A stretch of 64,000 nt of DNA from Alphaproteobacteria bacterium (GCA_965227515.1 CBDDFZ010000001.1:3936001-4000000); one strand, 5' to 3'; counted from the stretch's first letter, positions 1-10,216 are shown. Made by a program: numbers and translations. The notes: a model not told the origin generated them from the letters alone.

Positions 1-1
1 G

Positions 2-469
2 CCGTTCGGCGACGCAATCACGGCCGAGGGCGTGACGCCGCTGTCGATCAATGACGGCTATACCGCGCGCTTCAACGACCTCGCGAACGTGGATGTCGCC
101 GAGAACGGCGGCCGGCCGCTGGTCTCCATCTTCCGCACCCAGCCGTTTGCAATGCCCTACCGCCTGACCATGATGGAACGCCATCCGCTGAGCAGCCAGG
201 GCTTTTATCCGGCGACCGACGGCAGGTTCATCGCGGTGGTGGCACCGCCCGGCACCGCACCGACGCCGGATGACTTGGTGGCGTTCTTGTGCGGACCCGG
301 CCAGGGGCTCAACCTGGCGCGTGGCGTGTGGCACCATCCGCTGATGCCGATCGATCGGCCGATGGACTTCGTCGTCGTCGATCGGGGCGCGCCGGACGGC
401 GAGGAAGATCCGAACTGCGACATCGTCGACATGACGCGCGCCAACATCTCGGTCGGCCCCGGCGCCTGA
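2..469 (+). CDS. allA: Ureidoglycolate lyase (5'-truncated by window edge)
   Basis: Frame is open from base 2 (PFGDAI...). Motifs MERHPLSSQGF, GLNLARGVWHHPL and DFVVVDR are typical of AllA. Confidence 0.85.
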   Translation, partial: PFGDAITAEGVTPLSINDGYTARFNDLANVDVAENGGRPLVSIFRTQPFAMPYRLTMMERHPLSSQGFYPATDGRFIAVVAPPGTAPTPDDLVAFLCGPGQGLNLARGVWHHPLMPIDRPMDFVVVDRGAPDGEEDPNCDIVDMTRANISVGPGA

Positions 470-584
470 CCGCCGGAGGTCGCGGCGGATGGAACTGTTG
501 GCATACGTCAACGTTCCTGGTCACGTGATGTCATCAAACTGTCATGCCCGCCACTCAGGATGAGGTGCGCAGGGTCGCTGGACC

Positions 585-1130
585 ATGGAAAACGAACTTA
601 TCAGCCTCACCACGCACTTTGGAATTCCGCCCCTGGAAGTGGCGGCGCGCCTGGCGCTGTCCATGGTCCTGGGCGGGCTGATCGGGATCGACCGCGAGAT
701 CCACAACAAGGCGGCGGGCCTGCGCACCCACATTCTGATCGCGCTGGCATCGGCGACCTTCACGGTGCTGACGTTCGAGTTGTTCACCGCGTTGCGTCAC
801 GAGGGCGACAATGCACAGTTGGATGCGTCACGCGTCATTCAGGCGGTCACGGCCGGTGTCGCATTCCTGGCCGCCGGCGCCATCATCCGGTCACGGCGTG
901 GCGTGCGCGGTCTCACCACCGGCGCCAGCATGTGGATGGCCGGCTCGGTTGGCGTCGGCTGCGGGTCCGGTCTCTACGTCGTGGCGCTCATCGGGACCGG
1001 GCTGGCCATGCTGGCGTTGACCATTCTGGGCTGGATCGAACACAGGCTGACCAGGCGCAGACGCCGAAACAACGACGACAACGACGACGGTGACGGGGAT
1101 GACTGGCACGGGCGCCCGCCGCGCGATTGA
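585..1130 (+). CDS. MgtC/SapB family membrane protein
   Basis: LGGLIGIDRE...KAAGLRTH...GVAFLAAG...GLTTGASMW MgtC motifs; short charged tail, no ACT domain. Confidence 0.9.
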   Translation: MENELISLTTHFGIPPLEVAARLALSMVLGGLIGIDREIHNKAAGLRTHILIALASATFTVLTFELFTALRHEGDNAQLDASRVIQAVTAGVAFLAAGAIIRSRRGVRGLTTGASMWMAGSVGVGCGSGLYVVALIGTGLAMLALTILGWIEHRLTRRRRRNNDDNDDGDGDDWHGRPPRD

Positions 1131-1220
1131 CTGCGACGGGGCTTGCGCGGGCAACGCCTAGCGGCCATGGTCGGCGCCCCGCCAACGCGGCAGCCATAAT
1201 GGCCATTTGCGGAGTCCCGA

Positions 1221-2462
1221 GTGCGCTACGACCTGAACCTGACCGAGGACCGGCCGACCTTCGTCACCCACCTGGAATGCGCCTACACTGGCGCCACCTA
1301 TCCTGCCGACACACCGCACAATCTGTCCGACGCCGGCAAGCCGCTGCTGGTCCGCTACGACCTGGACGGCGTACGCGGCGCGCTGAGCAAGGACACGCTC
1401 GCCGCGCGCCCCGCCGACCTTTGGCGCTACCGCGAGATGCTGCCGGTGCGCCGCACCGAGAACATCGTCTCGCTCGGCGAGGTGATGACCCCCATCGTGC
1501 CGCTGCGCGCCAGTGCGGACCGCCTCGGCGCCACCGACCTCATGGTCAAGGACGAGGGCCGGCTGCCGACCGGCTCGTTCAAGGCGCGCGGCCTGGTAAT
1601 GGCGGTCTCGATGGCGAAGGAACTGGGCCTGCACCATCTGGCGATGCCGACCAACGGCAACGCCGGTGCCGCGATGAGCGCCTATGCCAGCGCCGGCGGC
1701 ATGCGGACCACCGTGTTCTGTCCCGAGGACACGCCGGAAGTGAACGTCTCTGAGATCGACATCCAGGGCGGGCGGGTCTACCGCGTCAACGGACTGATTG
1801 ACGATTGCGGCAAGCTGGTCGGCGCCGGCAAGGCGGCCGCCGGCTGGTTCGACGTCTCGACCCTGAAGGAGCCCTATCGGATCGAGGGCAAGAAGACCAT
1901 GGGGCTGGAACTGGCCGAGCAGCTCGACTGGGAGCTGCCGGATGTCATCTTCTACCCCACCGGCGGCGGCACCGGCCTGATCGGCATGTGGAAGGCGTTC
2001 CAGGAACTGGAGGCCATCGGCTTCACCGGCGCCAAGAGGCCGCGCATGGTGGCGGTGCAGGCCGAGGGCTGCGCCCCGATGGTGCGCGCCTGGGAGGCCG
2101 GCGAGGAGCACGCGCCGCGGTGGGAGAATGCACACACCATCGCCGCCGGCATCCGGGTGCCGCAGGCGGTGGGCGACTTCTTGATCCTGCGCGCGGTGCG
2201 CGAGAGCGGCGGCTTCGCCATCGCGGTCTCCGACGACGCGATCTCGGCCGCCCGCGACCGAGTAGCGCGCGAGGACGGCTTCCTGATGTGCCCGGAGGGG
2301 GCTGCGACCTTCGCTGCCTTCGAGCAGGCGCTGGCCGACGGCCGGGTGGCGCCGGGCGACCGAGCGGTGCTGTTCAATTGCGCAACCGGGCTGAAATACC
2401 CGCTGCCCCATGTCGACCGCGCCCTGGACCGCCACGCCGACATCGATTTCGCGACGTTGTAG
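1221..2462 (+). CDS. Threonine synthase-like PLP enzyme (fold type II)
   Basis: LWRYREMLP, SLGE, PTGSFKARG (PLP lysine), PTNGNAG, EGKKTMGLE, PTGGGTG, CPEGAA, LFNCATGLK. Confidence 0.85.
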   Translation: MRYDLNLTEDRPTFVTHLECAYTGATYPADTPHNLSDAGKPLLVRYDLDGVRGALSKDTLAARPADLWRYREMLPVRRTENIVSLGEVMTPIVPLRASADRLGATDLMVKDEGRLPTGSFKARGLVMAVSMAKELGLHHLAMPTNGNAGAAMSAYASAGGMRTTVFCPEDTPEVNVSEIDIQGGRVYRVNGLIDDCGKLVGAGKAAAGWFDVSTLKEPYRIEGKKTMGLELAEQLDWELPDVIFYPTGGGTGLIGMWKAFQELEAIGFTGAKRPRMVAVQAEGCAPMVRAWEAGEEHAPRWENAHTIAAGIRVPQAVGDFLILRAVRESGGFAIAVSDDAISAARDRVAREDGFLMCPEGAATFAAFEQALADGRVAPGDRAVLFNCATGLKYPLPHVDRALDRHADIDFATL

Positions 2463-2470
2463 GGTCGGAA

Positions 2471-3409
2471 ATGGCCCGCATCGTCATTTCCGAGTTCATC
2501 GACGAGTCCGCGCTCGCCGTCCTACAAGCCGCCCACGACGTCGACTTCGCGCCGGACCTGGCGCGCGAACCCGAGGAACTGGCGCGGCGCGTGATCACCG
2601 CCGACGCCCTGATCGTGCGCAACGTCACCCAGGTGCGCGGCGACGTGCTGGCGGCGGCCACCAACTTGCGCGTGGTCGGCCGGCTGGGCGTCGGCCTCGA
2701 CAACATCGACCTGGAGGCGTGTGCGGCGCGCGGCATCGAGGTGATCCCGGCCACCGGCGCCAATGCCGCCTCGGTCGCAGAGTGGGTGCTGGCAAGCGCA
2801 ATGATCCTGCTGCGCGGCGGCGCCTATGCCGCCACCGCCTCGGTGCTCGCCGGCGAATGGCCGCGCGCGCGCCTGATCGGCCACGAGATCGCGGGACGCA
2901 CCATCGGGCTGGTCGGTTTCGGCTCCATCGCGCGGCAGACGGCGCGCCGCGCCCAGGGCCTCGAACTCAAGGTTATTGCCCATGACCCTGTGCTGCCGGG
3001 CGACGATCCGGTCTGGGCCGCCACGAACGTGCGCCCGGTCGGGTTTGAGGCCCTTCTGGCCGAAGCCGATATCGTCAGCCTGCATGCACCGCTGCTGGAG
3101 AGCACCCGCAATCTGATCGATGCCGCCGCCCTGGCGGCGATGAAACCGGACGCGATCCTGCTCAACTCCGCGCGCGGCGGACTGGTCGATGAGGTGGCAT
3201 TGGCCGCCGCGTTGCTCGATGGCGGGATCGCCGGCGCGGCGCTGGACGTCTATGCCGAGGAACCTTTTCCGGCCAGCTCGCATTTAGTTGACGTGCCCAA
3301 TCTGCTGCTGACGCCCCATATCGCCGGTGTGACAGTAGAGGCAAACGCGCGCGTCAGCATGATGATCGCGCGCGCGGTGGCCGACTTCCTGGGAGATGCA
3401 CCATCCTGA
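2471..3409 (+). CDS. D-2-hydroxyacid dehydrogenase, (S)-sulfolactate dehydrogenase SlcC-like
   Basis: ATG at 2471. GRLGVGLDNID, GLVGFGSIAR, NSARGGLVDE, LLTPHIAG. The N-terminus IVISEF.DE and ATGANAASVAE resemble SlcC as I recall it. Confidence 0.75.
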   Translation: MARIVISEFIDESALAVLQAAHDVDFAPDLAREPEELARRVITADALIVRNVTQVRGDVLAAATNLRVVGRLGVGLDNIDLEACAARGIEVIPATGANAASVAEWVLASAMILLRGGAYAATASVLAGEWPRARLIGHEIAGRTIGLVGFGSIARQTARRAQGLELKVIAHDPVLPGDDPVWAATNVRPVGFEALLAEADIVSLHAPLLESTRNLIDAAALAAMKPDAILLNSARGGLVDEVALAAALLDGGIAGAALDVYAEEPFPASSHLVDVPNLLLTPHIAGVTVEANARVSMMIARAVADFLGDAPS

Positions 3410-3894
3410 ACCTTAGACCGATTGCGTTCGCCATTCTGGCAGCCGCCAGCGTGGGCGGCTGCGGCGGCTTCAACAGCAGTGCCGCGGACGCCAGCAGTGT
3501 CGGTATCGGCACGGCAATCGGTCTGGCGACGGGCAATCCGTTCATCGGCGTGGCAGCCGGCATCGCCGCGAACGCCGGCCTGAACGCGGGCGTCGACTAT
3601 GTCGAGCGCGAGTATGCCGCCGCAACCCAGGAGGCGATCGCCGCCAAGGCCGGCACCGCGCCCATCGACGAGTGGGTCGGCTGGTCGACCGAGGCCGAGC
3701 TTGAGCTGGGCAAGGACTCCGGCCGGCTGCTGGTGGTGCGCGAGTTCGGCGGCGACCCACCCTGCCGCGAGATCATCTTCACCGAGAATGGCCAGCGCGG
3801 CCGCTACTACACCGCCACCGTCTGCCGGGGGCCGGACGCGTGGACATGGGCGGTGGCGGAACCGGCCACCCCGCGCTGGGGCGACTTGCAGTAG
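3406..3894 (+). CDS. Putative lipoprotein with glycine-zipper segment (surface-antigen-like)
   Basis: Extending the 3451 ORF upstream gives signal peptide LNLRPIAFAILAAAS-VGG|C, then a Gly-rich GIGTAIG segment and C-terminal PCREII...TATVCR. Start inferred as CTG overlapping the upstream TGA. Confidence 0.65.
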   Translation: MNLRPIAFAILAAASVGGCGGFNSSAADASSVGIGTAIGLATGNPFIGVAAGIAANAGLNAGVDYVEREYAAATQEAIAAKAGTAPIDEWVGWSTEAELELGKDSGRLLVVREFGGDPPCREIIFTENGQRGRYYTATVCRGPDAWTWAVAEPATPRWGDLQ

Positions 3895-3908
3895 CCAAAT
3901 AGGCGCTT

Positions 3909-4083
3909 GTCGTCCTCGCCCTTGTGGCGAGGACCCATTTGCGTCCAACAAATCAGCGGGCGCCACTCAATTCAGCGAACTTTGGGGCACGTCCGAACCG
4001 GCTGGCATGGCGCCTCCAGTTCTTGGCAACTCAGGAATGAGACCCGCATGACCATGGGCCCTCGCCACAAGGGCGAGGGCGAC
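3909..4083. repeat. Inverted REP doublet (family A)
   Basis: GTCGTCCTCGCCCTTGTGGCGAGGACCCAT (3909-3938) and inverted copy ATGGGCCCTCGCCACAAGGGCGAGGGCGAC (4054-4083). Confidence 0.9.
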
Positions 4084-4088
4084 GAAAA

Positions 4089-5255
4089 CTATTCTTGTTG
4101 GGTCCGATCCCTCTGAAACGCGGTCAGCACCACGCCGGCCAGGATCGCGCCGCAGCCCCAGGCAAGCCCGTCGGACAGCCCACCGGTCGCGTCGCTGATC
4201 GCGCCCGACATGATCGGCCCGATCGACTGGCCCAGGCCGAACGCGAAGGTGAACACCGCAATCGCGAACGGCCAGGCGCCGACACCGGCATTGCGGCGCG
4301 CGAACGCGGTGGTGGCGGTGACCACGGCGAAGAATGCCGAGCCGAACACCAGCGCGGACACCAGCGCCCAGGCATAGCCGTCGACCAGCAGCGGCAAAGC
4401 GGCGCCGACCAGCGTCAGCGCCATCGCCGCCATCGCCGCATATCCATGGTGCAGGGTCGCGATCACCCACCCCCACGCCCAGGGCGCGGCAATGGCCGCC
4501 AGCCCGATGCAGACCCAGAACGCCGACAGCTCGAACGCGGAGGTATCGAGGGCTGCCAGATAGGCGAACATGAAGGTCATGTAGCTGATCGACCCGATGC
4601 CGAAGAGCACGTAACCGACCAGCAGTGGCAGTGTTGCCGCCACGCTGAATGGCGCGCCCTCGCCCTTGCCCCGCCCCTGCGCCCGCGGCGTGTGGCGCAG
4701 CGCGACGGTCGACACCAGCCATAGCGCGGCCGCCAGCCCACCCAGCGCCAGCCAGGCCACATCCCAACCGCCGGGGCCGGTCGCCACCAGCAGGCCGGGC
4801 ACCAGCGCGCCGGAGAGCGTGATCCCGATACCGGGGCCGGTGTAGAACAGGCCAAGCACCACGCCGCCGCGTGCCGGAGAGCTTGCCACCAGCGCCGCCG
4901 TCAGCGCGCCGCCGGCCACGAAAATCAGCCCTGCGGTGATGCCGGCGGCCAGCCGCAGCACGCTCAGCAGCACGAAGTCGCGGGTCAGCCCGACCAGCAG
5001 CACCGCCACCACCGTCGTGCCCGCCGCGCCGACGAACATCAGGTGCAGCCCGGTCCGCTTGGCGATGGGGGCCGCCGTCAGTGCGCCGACAATATAGCCG
5101 ATGGCGTTGATGGTGTTCATCCACCCGGCATCGGCATAGGACCAGTCCAGGTCCTGGCGCATATCGGGCAGCACCAGCGAATAGGCGAAGCGCGCGATGC
5201 CGATGCCGATGGCCGGCCCGAACGCCAGCAGCACCGCGCGCAGTTCAGGCGTCAT
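4089..5255 (-). CDS. MFS transporter, YbfB/YjiJ-like
   Basis: About 12 hydrophobic helices; GIARFAYSLVLPDM...AGWMNTINAIGY N-terminal signature. Confidence 0.85.
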   Translation of the reverse strand: MTPELRAVLLAFGPAIGIGIARFAYSLVLPDMRQDLDWSYADAGWMNTINAIGYIVGALTAAPIAKRTGLHLMFVGAAGTTVVAVLLVGLTRDFVLLSVLRLAAGITAGLIFVAGGALTAALVASSPARGGVVLGLFYTGPGIGITLSGALVPGLLVATGPGGWDVAWLALGGLAAALWLVSTVALRHTPRAQGRGKGEGAPFSVAATLPLLVGYVLFGIGSISYMTFMFAYLAALDTSAFELSAFWVCIGLAAIAAPWAWGWVIATLHHGYAAMAAMALTLVGAALPLLVDGYAWALVSALVFGSAFFAVVTATTAFARRNAGVGAWPFAIAVFTFAFGLGQSIGPIMSGAISDATGGLSDGLAWGCGAILAGVVLTAFQRDRTQQE

Positions 5256-5305
5256 AACTGCCTTTCGATGTCATGACCGGCACTGTTTCAAAGCAAAGCA
5301 TTGTT

Positions 5306-5481
5306 GACGCCCTCGCCCTTGTGGCGAGGGCCCATTTATGGGCAATGCGCGGCCGGATTGGTTGGCCGCCGATCACACCGCAACGACAGTCTGGTTTGGA
5401 ACGCGGCGCGTCGATCTGCTCTTCGACACGGATGCCCAGGCCTGCCCACCCATGGGCCCTCGCCACAAGGGCGAGGGCGTC
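5306..5481. repeat. Inverted REP doublet (family A)
   Basis: GACGCCCTCGCCCTTGTGGCGAGGGCCCAT (5306-5335) and its exact reverse complement (5452-5481). Confidence 0.9.
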
Positions 5482-5512
5482 GAGTTTGAGGATGGGGCAT
5501 TGGCGGCTGTCC

Positions 5513-5989
5513 CTAATACGCGCTTGGATCGAACTTCTTCTCGTACAGCGTCCAGGCGGTCTTGGTGGCGATGCGGTCATAGACCCCGCGCGCCCGGTAG
5601 TTCAGGTCGTGGGTGATCCAGCGGATCACCGGCCAGCCGCGCCGCTGGCCGATCTCGTAGACCGCCTCCATCAGGCGGTCGGCGGCGCCGGACCCGCGCA
5701 CGTCGGGGCGCACGAACAGGTCGTCGATGAAGCCGGCCTCGGTGGCGCGCAGCGGGCTCGGCATCACCCGGAAATGGACCAGCCCGATCAGCCCGCCGTC
5801 CCGCGCCGCGACCAGCCCCTCGAACGGATAGGCCGGATCCATCAGCCAGCCCCACACCACCTCCTTGCCGGCGGCGTCGATCGGCGAGTGATAGAAGTCG
5901 GCATAGCCCTGGTAGAGGTCCATCCACGCGTCGTGATGGTCCGCGGTGACCGGGGTGATGGTGAGATCACCTGCCGCAGCAGTGTTCAT
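5513..5989 (-). CDS. GNAT family N-acetyltransferase
   Basis: DDLFVRPDVRGSGAA acetyl-CoA motif; WITHDLNYRARGVYD. Confidence 0.9.
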   Translation of the reverse strand: MNTAAAGDLTITPVTADHHDAWMDLYQGYADFYHSPIDAAGKEVVWGWLMDPAYPFEGLVAARDGGLIGLVHFRVMPSPLRATEAGFIDDLFVRPDVRGSGAADRLMEAVYEIGQRRGWPVIRWITHDLNYRARGVYDRIATKTAWTLYEKKFDPSAY

Positions 5990-6020
5990 AGTGTCCTCCG
6001 AAATCTCTCAACCCAAAATC

Positions 6021-6049
6021 GTCATGGTCGGGACAAGCCCGAGGATGAC
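6021..6049. repeat. Single/collapsed REP unit (family B)
   Basis: GTCATGGTCGGGACAAGCCCGAGGATGAC resembles the right arm of the elements at 12779 and 14041. Confidence 0.7.
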
Positions 6050-6075
6050 GCCTGAGAGTGGCATTGGGCCGGGCG

Positions 6076-7788
6076 CTAGGCGCCAGCCTGTTTCTTCTCG
6101 CCGACCGCGCGCATGCCGGCCAGGGTCTGAGCGGGGGTCAGCGCCTCGGGGTCGACGCGCAGCTCGATCAGGCTGGGCTTGCCGGACGCCAGCGCGGCAT
6201 CGAACGCCGGGCCGAACACGTCGGTGCGGGTGACCACATGGCTGTCCAGCCCGAAGGCGTCGGCGAGCGCGGCAAAGTCCGGGTTGTGCAGCCGGGTGCC
6301 GCTGATCCGCCCCGGATACTCGCGCTCCTGGTGCATCCGGATGGTTGCGAACATGCCGTTGTTGACGACGACGAACACCACCGGCGCATCGTGCTGCACC
6401 GCGGTGGCAATCTCCTGGCCATGCATCAGGAAGCAGCCGTCGCCGGCAAAGCAGACCACCGGGCGGTCGGGGTGGCGCAACTTGGCGGCCACCGCCGCCG
6501 GCACGCCGTAGCCCATGGTGCCGTTGGTCGAGCCGACCTGGGTCGGGAACGTGCGGTGGCGGAAGAAGCGGTGCACCCAGGCGTTGTAGTTGCCCGCACC
6601 ATTGGTGATGATCGCCTCGGGCGGCAGGTTCTCCGCCAGCCATGCGACCACCTGGGAGAACTGGACGTCGCCCGGCCCCGGCACCGGGGTCGACCAGGCC
6701 AGATAGGCTTCGTGCGCCGCCTCCGCCCGGCCTGCCCACGGCACCGGGCCGTCGGGTGCCGTGCCGGCGATGGCGGCGGCAAACGCATCCGGCCGGGCCG
6801 CGATGCCGAGTTCGGCGTGGTAGACGCGGCCGACCTCGTCTGCGTCCGGGAACACGTGAACCAGGGTCTGCGCCGGTTTCGGCGCGTCGAACAGCGCGTA
6901 GCCGCCGGTGGTCATCTCGCCAAGCCGTGGCCCGAGCGCGATCAGCAAATCGCTCTCGTCGATCAGCTTGCCGAGGGCCGGGTTGATGCCGATGCCGACA
7001 TCGCCGGCGAACAACGGGTGGGTGTTGTCGAACCGGTCCTGGCGGCGGAAGGCGGTGCCGACCGGCAGCGACCACGCCTCCGCGAACGCCTGGATGTCGG
7101 CAGAGGCCTGGGTACTCCATCCGCCGCCGCCGAGCAGCAGGAACGGCCGTTCGGCGCCCGCCAGCATGTCTTGGAAACGCGCCAGATCGTCGGTGCCCGG
7201 CGCGGCGAGCGCGGGGGCGGCCGGCGGCGCATCGGCGGTGTCGACCCGCTCGCGCAGCATGTCCTCCGGCAGCGCCAGCACCACCGGGCCGGGACGCCCG
7301 CTCATGGCGGTGTGCCAGGCGCGGCTGATGTACTCCGGGATGCGCGCGGTGCTCTCGATCCGCTCCACTTTCTTGGCGATGGGCGCGAAGAAGGCAGTGA
7401 AGTCGACCTCCTGGAACGCCTCACGGTCGCGCAGGTCGCGGCCGACGTCGCCGACCAGCAGGATCATCGGCGTGGAGTCCTGGAACGCGATGTGGACGCC
7501 GGTGCTGGCATTGCAGGCGCCAGGCCCACGGGTGACGATGGCGACACCGGGCCGCCCGGTCAGCTTGCCGTCGGCCTCGGCCATCATCGCCGCACCGCCC
7601 TCCTGCCGGCAGGTCACGACCTCGATCTCCGGGTGGTCGAACAGCCCGTCCAGCACCGCCAGGAAGCTTTCGCCCGGCACCTGGAACACACGGTCGCAGC
7701 CGTTCAGCGCCAGTTGGTCGACCAGGATGCGGCCGCCGTGGCGCAGATTGCTGCCCTGCCGGTTACCCATGTGCCGTTGTTCGTTCAT
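6076..7788 (-). CDS. Thiamine-diphosphate-dependent enzyme (acetolactate synthase large subunit-like)
   Basis: VPGESFL, CRQEGGAAMMA, TRGPGACN, GTMGYGVPAA, GDGCFLM...NN ThDP motif. ATG at 7788 overlaps the fpg stop (ATGA). Confidence 0.9.
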   Translation of the reverse strand: MNEQRHMGNRQGSNLRHGGRILVDQLALNGCDRVFQVPGESFLAVLDGLFDHPEIEVVTCRQEGGAAMMAEADGKLTGRPGVAIVTRGPGACNASTGVHIAFQDSTPMILLVGDVGRDLRDREAFQEVDFTAFFAPIAKKVERIESTARIPEYISRAWHTAMSGRPGPVVLALPEDMLRERVDTADAPPAAPALAAPGTDDLARFQDMLAGAERPFLLLGGGGWSTQASADIQAFAEAWSLPVGTAFRRQDRFDNTHPLFAGDVGIGINPALGKLIDESDLLIALGPRLGEMTTGGYALFDAPKPAQTLVHVFPDADEVGRVYHAELGIAARPDAFAAAIAGTAPDGPVPWAGRAEAAHEAYLAWSTPVPGPGDVQFSQVVAWLAENLPPEAIITNGAGNYNAWVHRFFRHRTFPTQVGSTNGTMGYGVPAAVAAKLRHPDRPVVCFAGDGCFLMHGQEIATAVQHDAPVVFVVVNNGMFATIRMHQEREYPGRISGTRLHNPDFAALADAFGLDSHVVTRTDVFGPAFDAALASGKPSLIELRVDPEALTPAQTLAGMRAVGEKKQAGA

Positions 7789-8714
7789 GTCGGAGACGTA
7801 TCCCTCAATGCTTCCAGTTCCTCGATGGTGCGCGGCCAGTCCTTCTTCAGAAGGCGCGACAGCGACCGGTCGGCCAGCACCTTGCCCCCGGTCTGGCAAC
7901 GCGGGCAATAGTTGGTTTCGTTGTCGGCGTAACGGATGCGCTGCACCTTGGTATCGCACACCGGGCACGGCTGGCCGTACTTGCCGTGAACGGCCATCTC
8001 CGGCCGGAACGCGGTGACCTTCTCGGGAAACTTGGTCCGCGCCTCGGCGCCCAGCCGGTCGCACCACAGCGCCAGCGTGTCCTGCACCGCCGTGTGCAGG
8101 CGGTCGATCTGGTCGCCGTCGAGCTTCTGGGTCATCGCCACCGGCGACAGGCCGGCGGCGTGCAGGATCTCGTCGGAATAGGCATTGCCGATGCCGCTGA
8201 ACAGCCGCGGGTCGGTCAGCGCCCGCTTCACCGTATGGTTGGCGGCGGTCAGCCGCTCGGTGAAGGCGTCGCGGGCGAGACCCAACGGCTCGATGCCGCC
8301 GGGGTCGAGGGCGGCCAGCCCCGCCTCCCCCGCCGCCAGATGCAGCGAGGCGCGGCGCTTGGTGCCGGCCTCGGTCAGCACCAGCGACCCAGAAGAAAAG
8401 TCGAACGCAGCCAGCCCCTGCTTGCCGCGTGGGATCGCCGCCCCTTTCGGCTTCCAGTGCAGACGGCCGGCAATCATCAGGTGCAGCACCAGCCAGATGT
8501 CATCGCCGTCTCCAGCCAGCCCGATGGCGATGCGCTTGCCGACCCGCCTGAGGCCCGACACCCGCCTGCCCTTCGCGTCCGAAACCGGCGGCTGGACCGA
8601 GCGCAGCAGGAACGGGTTGGCGATCCGCACATCGTCCAGGGTCGCGGCCGGGTCGCCAAGCAAGTGCGGCTCAAGTGCCGTGAGATAGGCCTGGATGTCG
8701 GGCAGTTCCGGCAA
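7785..8714 (-). CDS. Fpg/Nei family DNA glycosylase
   Basis: N-terminal PELP, RVGKR, H2TH motif [12 protein letters not shown]-terminal zinc finger CPVC...CPRCQ. Confidence 0.9.
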   Translation of the reverse strand: MPELPDIQAYLTALEPHLLGDPAATLDDVRIANPFLLRSVQPPVSDAKGRRVSGLRRVGKRIAIGLAGDGDDIWLVLHLMIAGRLHWKPKGAAIPRGKQGLAAFDFSSGSLVLTEAGTKRRASLHLAAGEAGLAALDPGGIEPLGLARDAFTERLTAANHTVKRALTDPRLFSGIGNAYSDEILHAAGLSPVAMTQKLDGDQIDRLHTAVQDTLALWCDRLGAEARTKFPEKVTAFRPEMAVHGKYGQPCPVCDTKVQRIRYADNETNYCPRCQTGGKVLADRSLSRLLKKDWPRTIEELEALRDTSPT

Positions 8715-8730
8715 TGGGCGCCTCTTGGAA

Positions 8731-10155
8731 TTATTTCAGCGCGTATGGCACCGCGTCGCGCCGGGCCGGGTCAAGCAGGATCGCGCGGTCGATGGGCGGG
8801 AACGCGCGCTGCGGGCATTTCGGCCGCTCGCAGATGCGGCAATTCACGCCGATCTTGACGTAGGCGTTGTCGTCCTTGAGGTCGAGGCCGGAGGCATAGA
8901 CCAGGTCGCCGGCATGGGCGAGCTCGCAGCCGAGCCCGATGGCATAGCGCCGGTCCGGCTCCAGATAGCCGCGCCCGCGCTTTACCACCGAGCGCGAGAT
9001 GCACAGATAGCGCGCGCCATCCGGCATCTCGGCGAGTTGCACCAGGAAGCGGCCGGGCGTGACGAATGCCTGGTGCACGTTCCACAGCGGGCAGGTGCCG
9101 CCGAAGCGCGCGAACTGGAATGGCGTGGCGCTGTGCCGCTTGGTGATGTTGCCGGCCTGGTCGACCCGCACGAAAAAGAACGGCACGCCCCGGCTGCCCG
9201 GCCTCTGCAGGGTGCTCAGCCGGTGGGCGACCTGTTGCAGGCTGGTGCCGAAGGCGAGTTGCAGGCGCTCCAGATCGTGGCGGACCGCGCGCGCCGTCTC
9301 CAGGAACCGGCCATAGGGCATCAACAGCGCGCCGGCGAAATAGTTGGCCAGCGCCACCCGGCAGATCGCCTGGGCGTCGTGGCTGGTGAGCCCGGATGCG
9401 GCGACGATATCGTCGAGTTCGTCGGCCAGGCTCAACAGCCCGATGTGGTGGGCGAGCATGAAGGCGATGCTGGCCCGGTCCAGCGCCGGGTTGACCGCGA
9501 TCGCGCGCGCCTTGGCGTCGAAACGCCAGAACTGCTGGGCGGAAGGGTCGTCCAGCCCGGCGTCGACCCGCACGTCGAGCGCATCGCGCAGATGGTCGGC
9601 CAGCAGGCGGGTTGCGTCGTCGCCGCCAAGCCCGATGCGCCCCGACAAGGTCTCGGCCGCGCGGTCCAGCGTGTCGATGTAGTTGTTGTGGTAGTGGAAG
9701 TAGTCGCGCACCTCCTCGTAGGGCAGCATGGCGGCGTCATGCGCGCCCTCCGGCGACGTCAGACTCTCGTCCACCGCGCGCAGACGCTCGCGCAACCGGT
9801 GGGTCTCGCTGTGGAGCAACAAGAGGCTGCGCGCCACGTTCGGCGCCACCGAGACCGCCTGTTTCACCTCCTGCAAGCCCGGCGCCTGGCCGGCGAACAG
9901 CGGATCGGTCAGGGTCTCGCGCAGGTCGGCGACGATGCGCTCGTGATCGTCCTCGGCAAACTCGCCGACGTCGATGCCGAAGGCACGGCTCAGCGCCACC
10001 AGCACGGTCGCGGTCACCGGGCGCTGGTTGTTCTCGAGCTGGCTGACATAGCTGAGCGAAAGGCCCAGCCGCTCGGCGAGATCGGCCTGGGTCAGCGCGC
10101 TGTCCTGGCGCAGGCCGCGCAACTTGTGGCCGAGGAACAGTTTGGCGTCGTCCAA
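8731..10155 (-). CDS. prpR: XRE/ScfR (PrpR/RamB-type) short-chain acyl-CoA regulator
   Basis: [29 protein letters not shown]; [12 protein letters not shown]; HRLSTLQRP; GGTCPLW; C-terminal [15 protein letters not shown]. Divergent from prpD. Confidence 0.9.
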   Translation of the reverse strand: MDDAKLFLGHKLRGLRQDSALTQADLAERLGLSLSYVSQLENNQRPVTATVLVALSRAFGIDVGEFAEDDHERIVADLRETLTDPLFAGQAPGLQEVKQAVSVAPNVARSLLLLHSETHRLRERLRAVDESLTSPEGAHDAAMLPYEEVRDYFHYHNNYIDTLDRAAETLSGRIGLGGDDATRLLADHLRDALDVRVDAGLDDPSAQQFWRFDAKARAIAVNPALDRASIAFMLAHHIGLLSLADELDDIVAASGLTSHDAQAICRVALANYFAGALLMPYGRFLETARAVRHDLERLQLAFGTSLQQVAHRLSTLQRPGSRGVPFFFVRVDQAGNITKRHSATPFQFARFGGTCPLWNVHQAFVTPGRFLVQLAEMPDGARYLCISRSVVKRGRGYLEPDRRYAIGLGCELAHAGDLVYASGLDLKDDNAYVKIGVNCRICERPKCPQRAFPPIDRAILLDPARRDAVPYALK

Positions 10156-10175
10156 GGGCGCATCCTCGCGGCAAT

Positions 10176-10216
10176 CTTCGCAATTTCACAACTTCACGCT
10201 TGTGAATTGTGCGAAG
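10176..10216. promoter_or_regulatory. Candidate PrpR operator (imperfect inverted repeat)
   Basis: CTTCGCAATTTCACAA...TTGTGAATTGTGCGAAG in the AT-rich divergent prpR/prpD intergenic region. Confidence 0.5.

Noticed and set aside
541-565. GTCATGCCCG...GGATGA remnant
   Set aside because: Too degenerate to call as a REP unit.
1805-3409. N-terminally extended ORF calls (also 6076-8067, 23139-24626, 50741-52162, 29529-30383, 33567-34499)
   Set aside because: The extensions overlap neighbouring genes or intergenic DNA; downstream starts with RBS or coupling fit the families.
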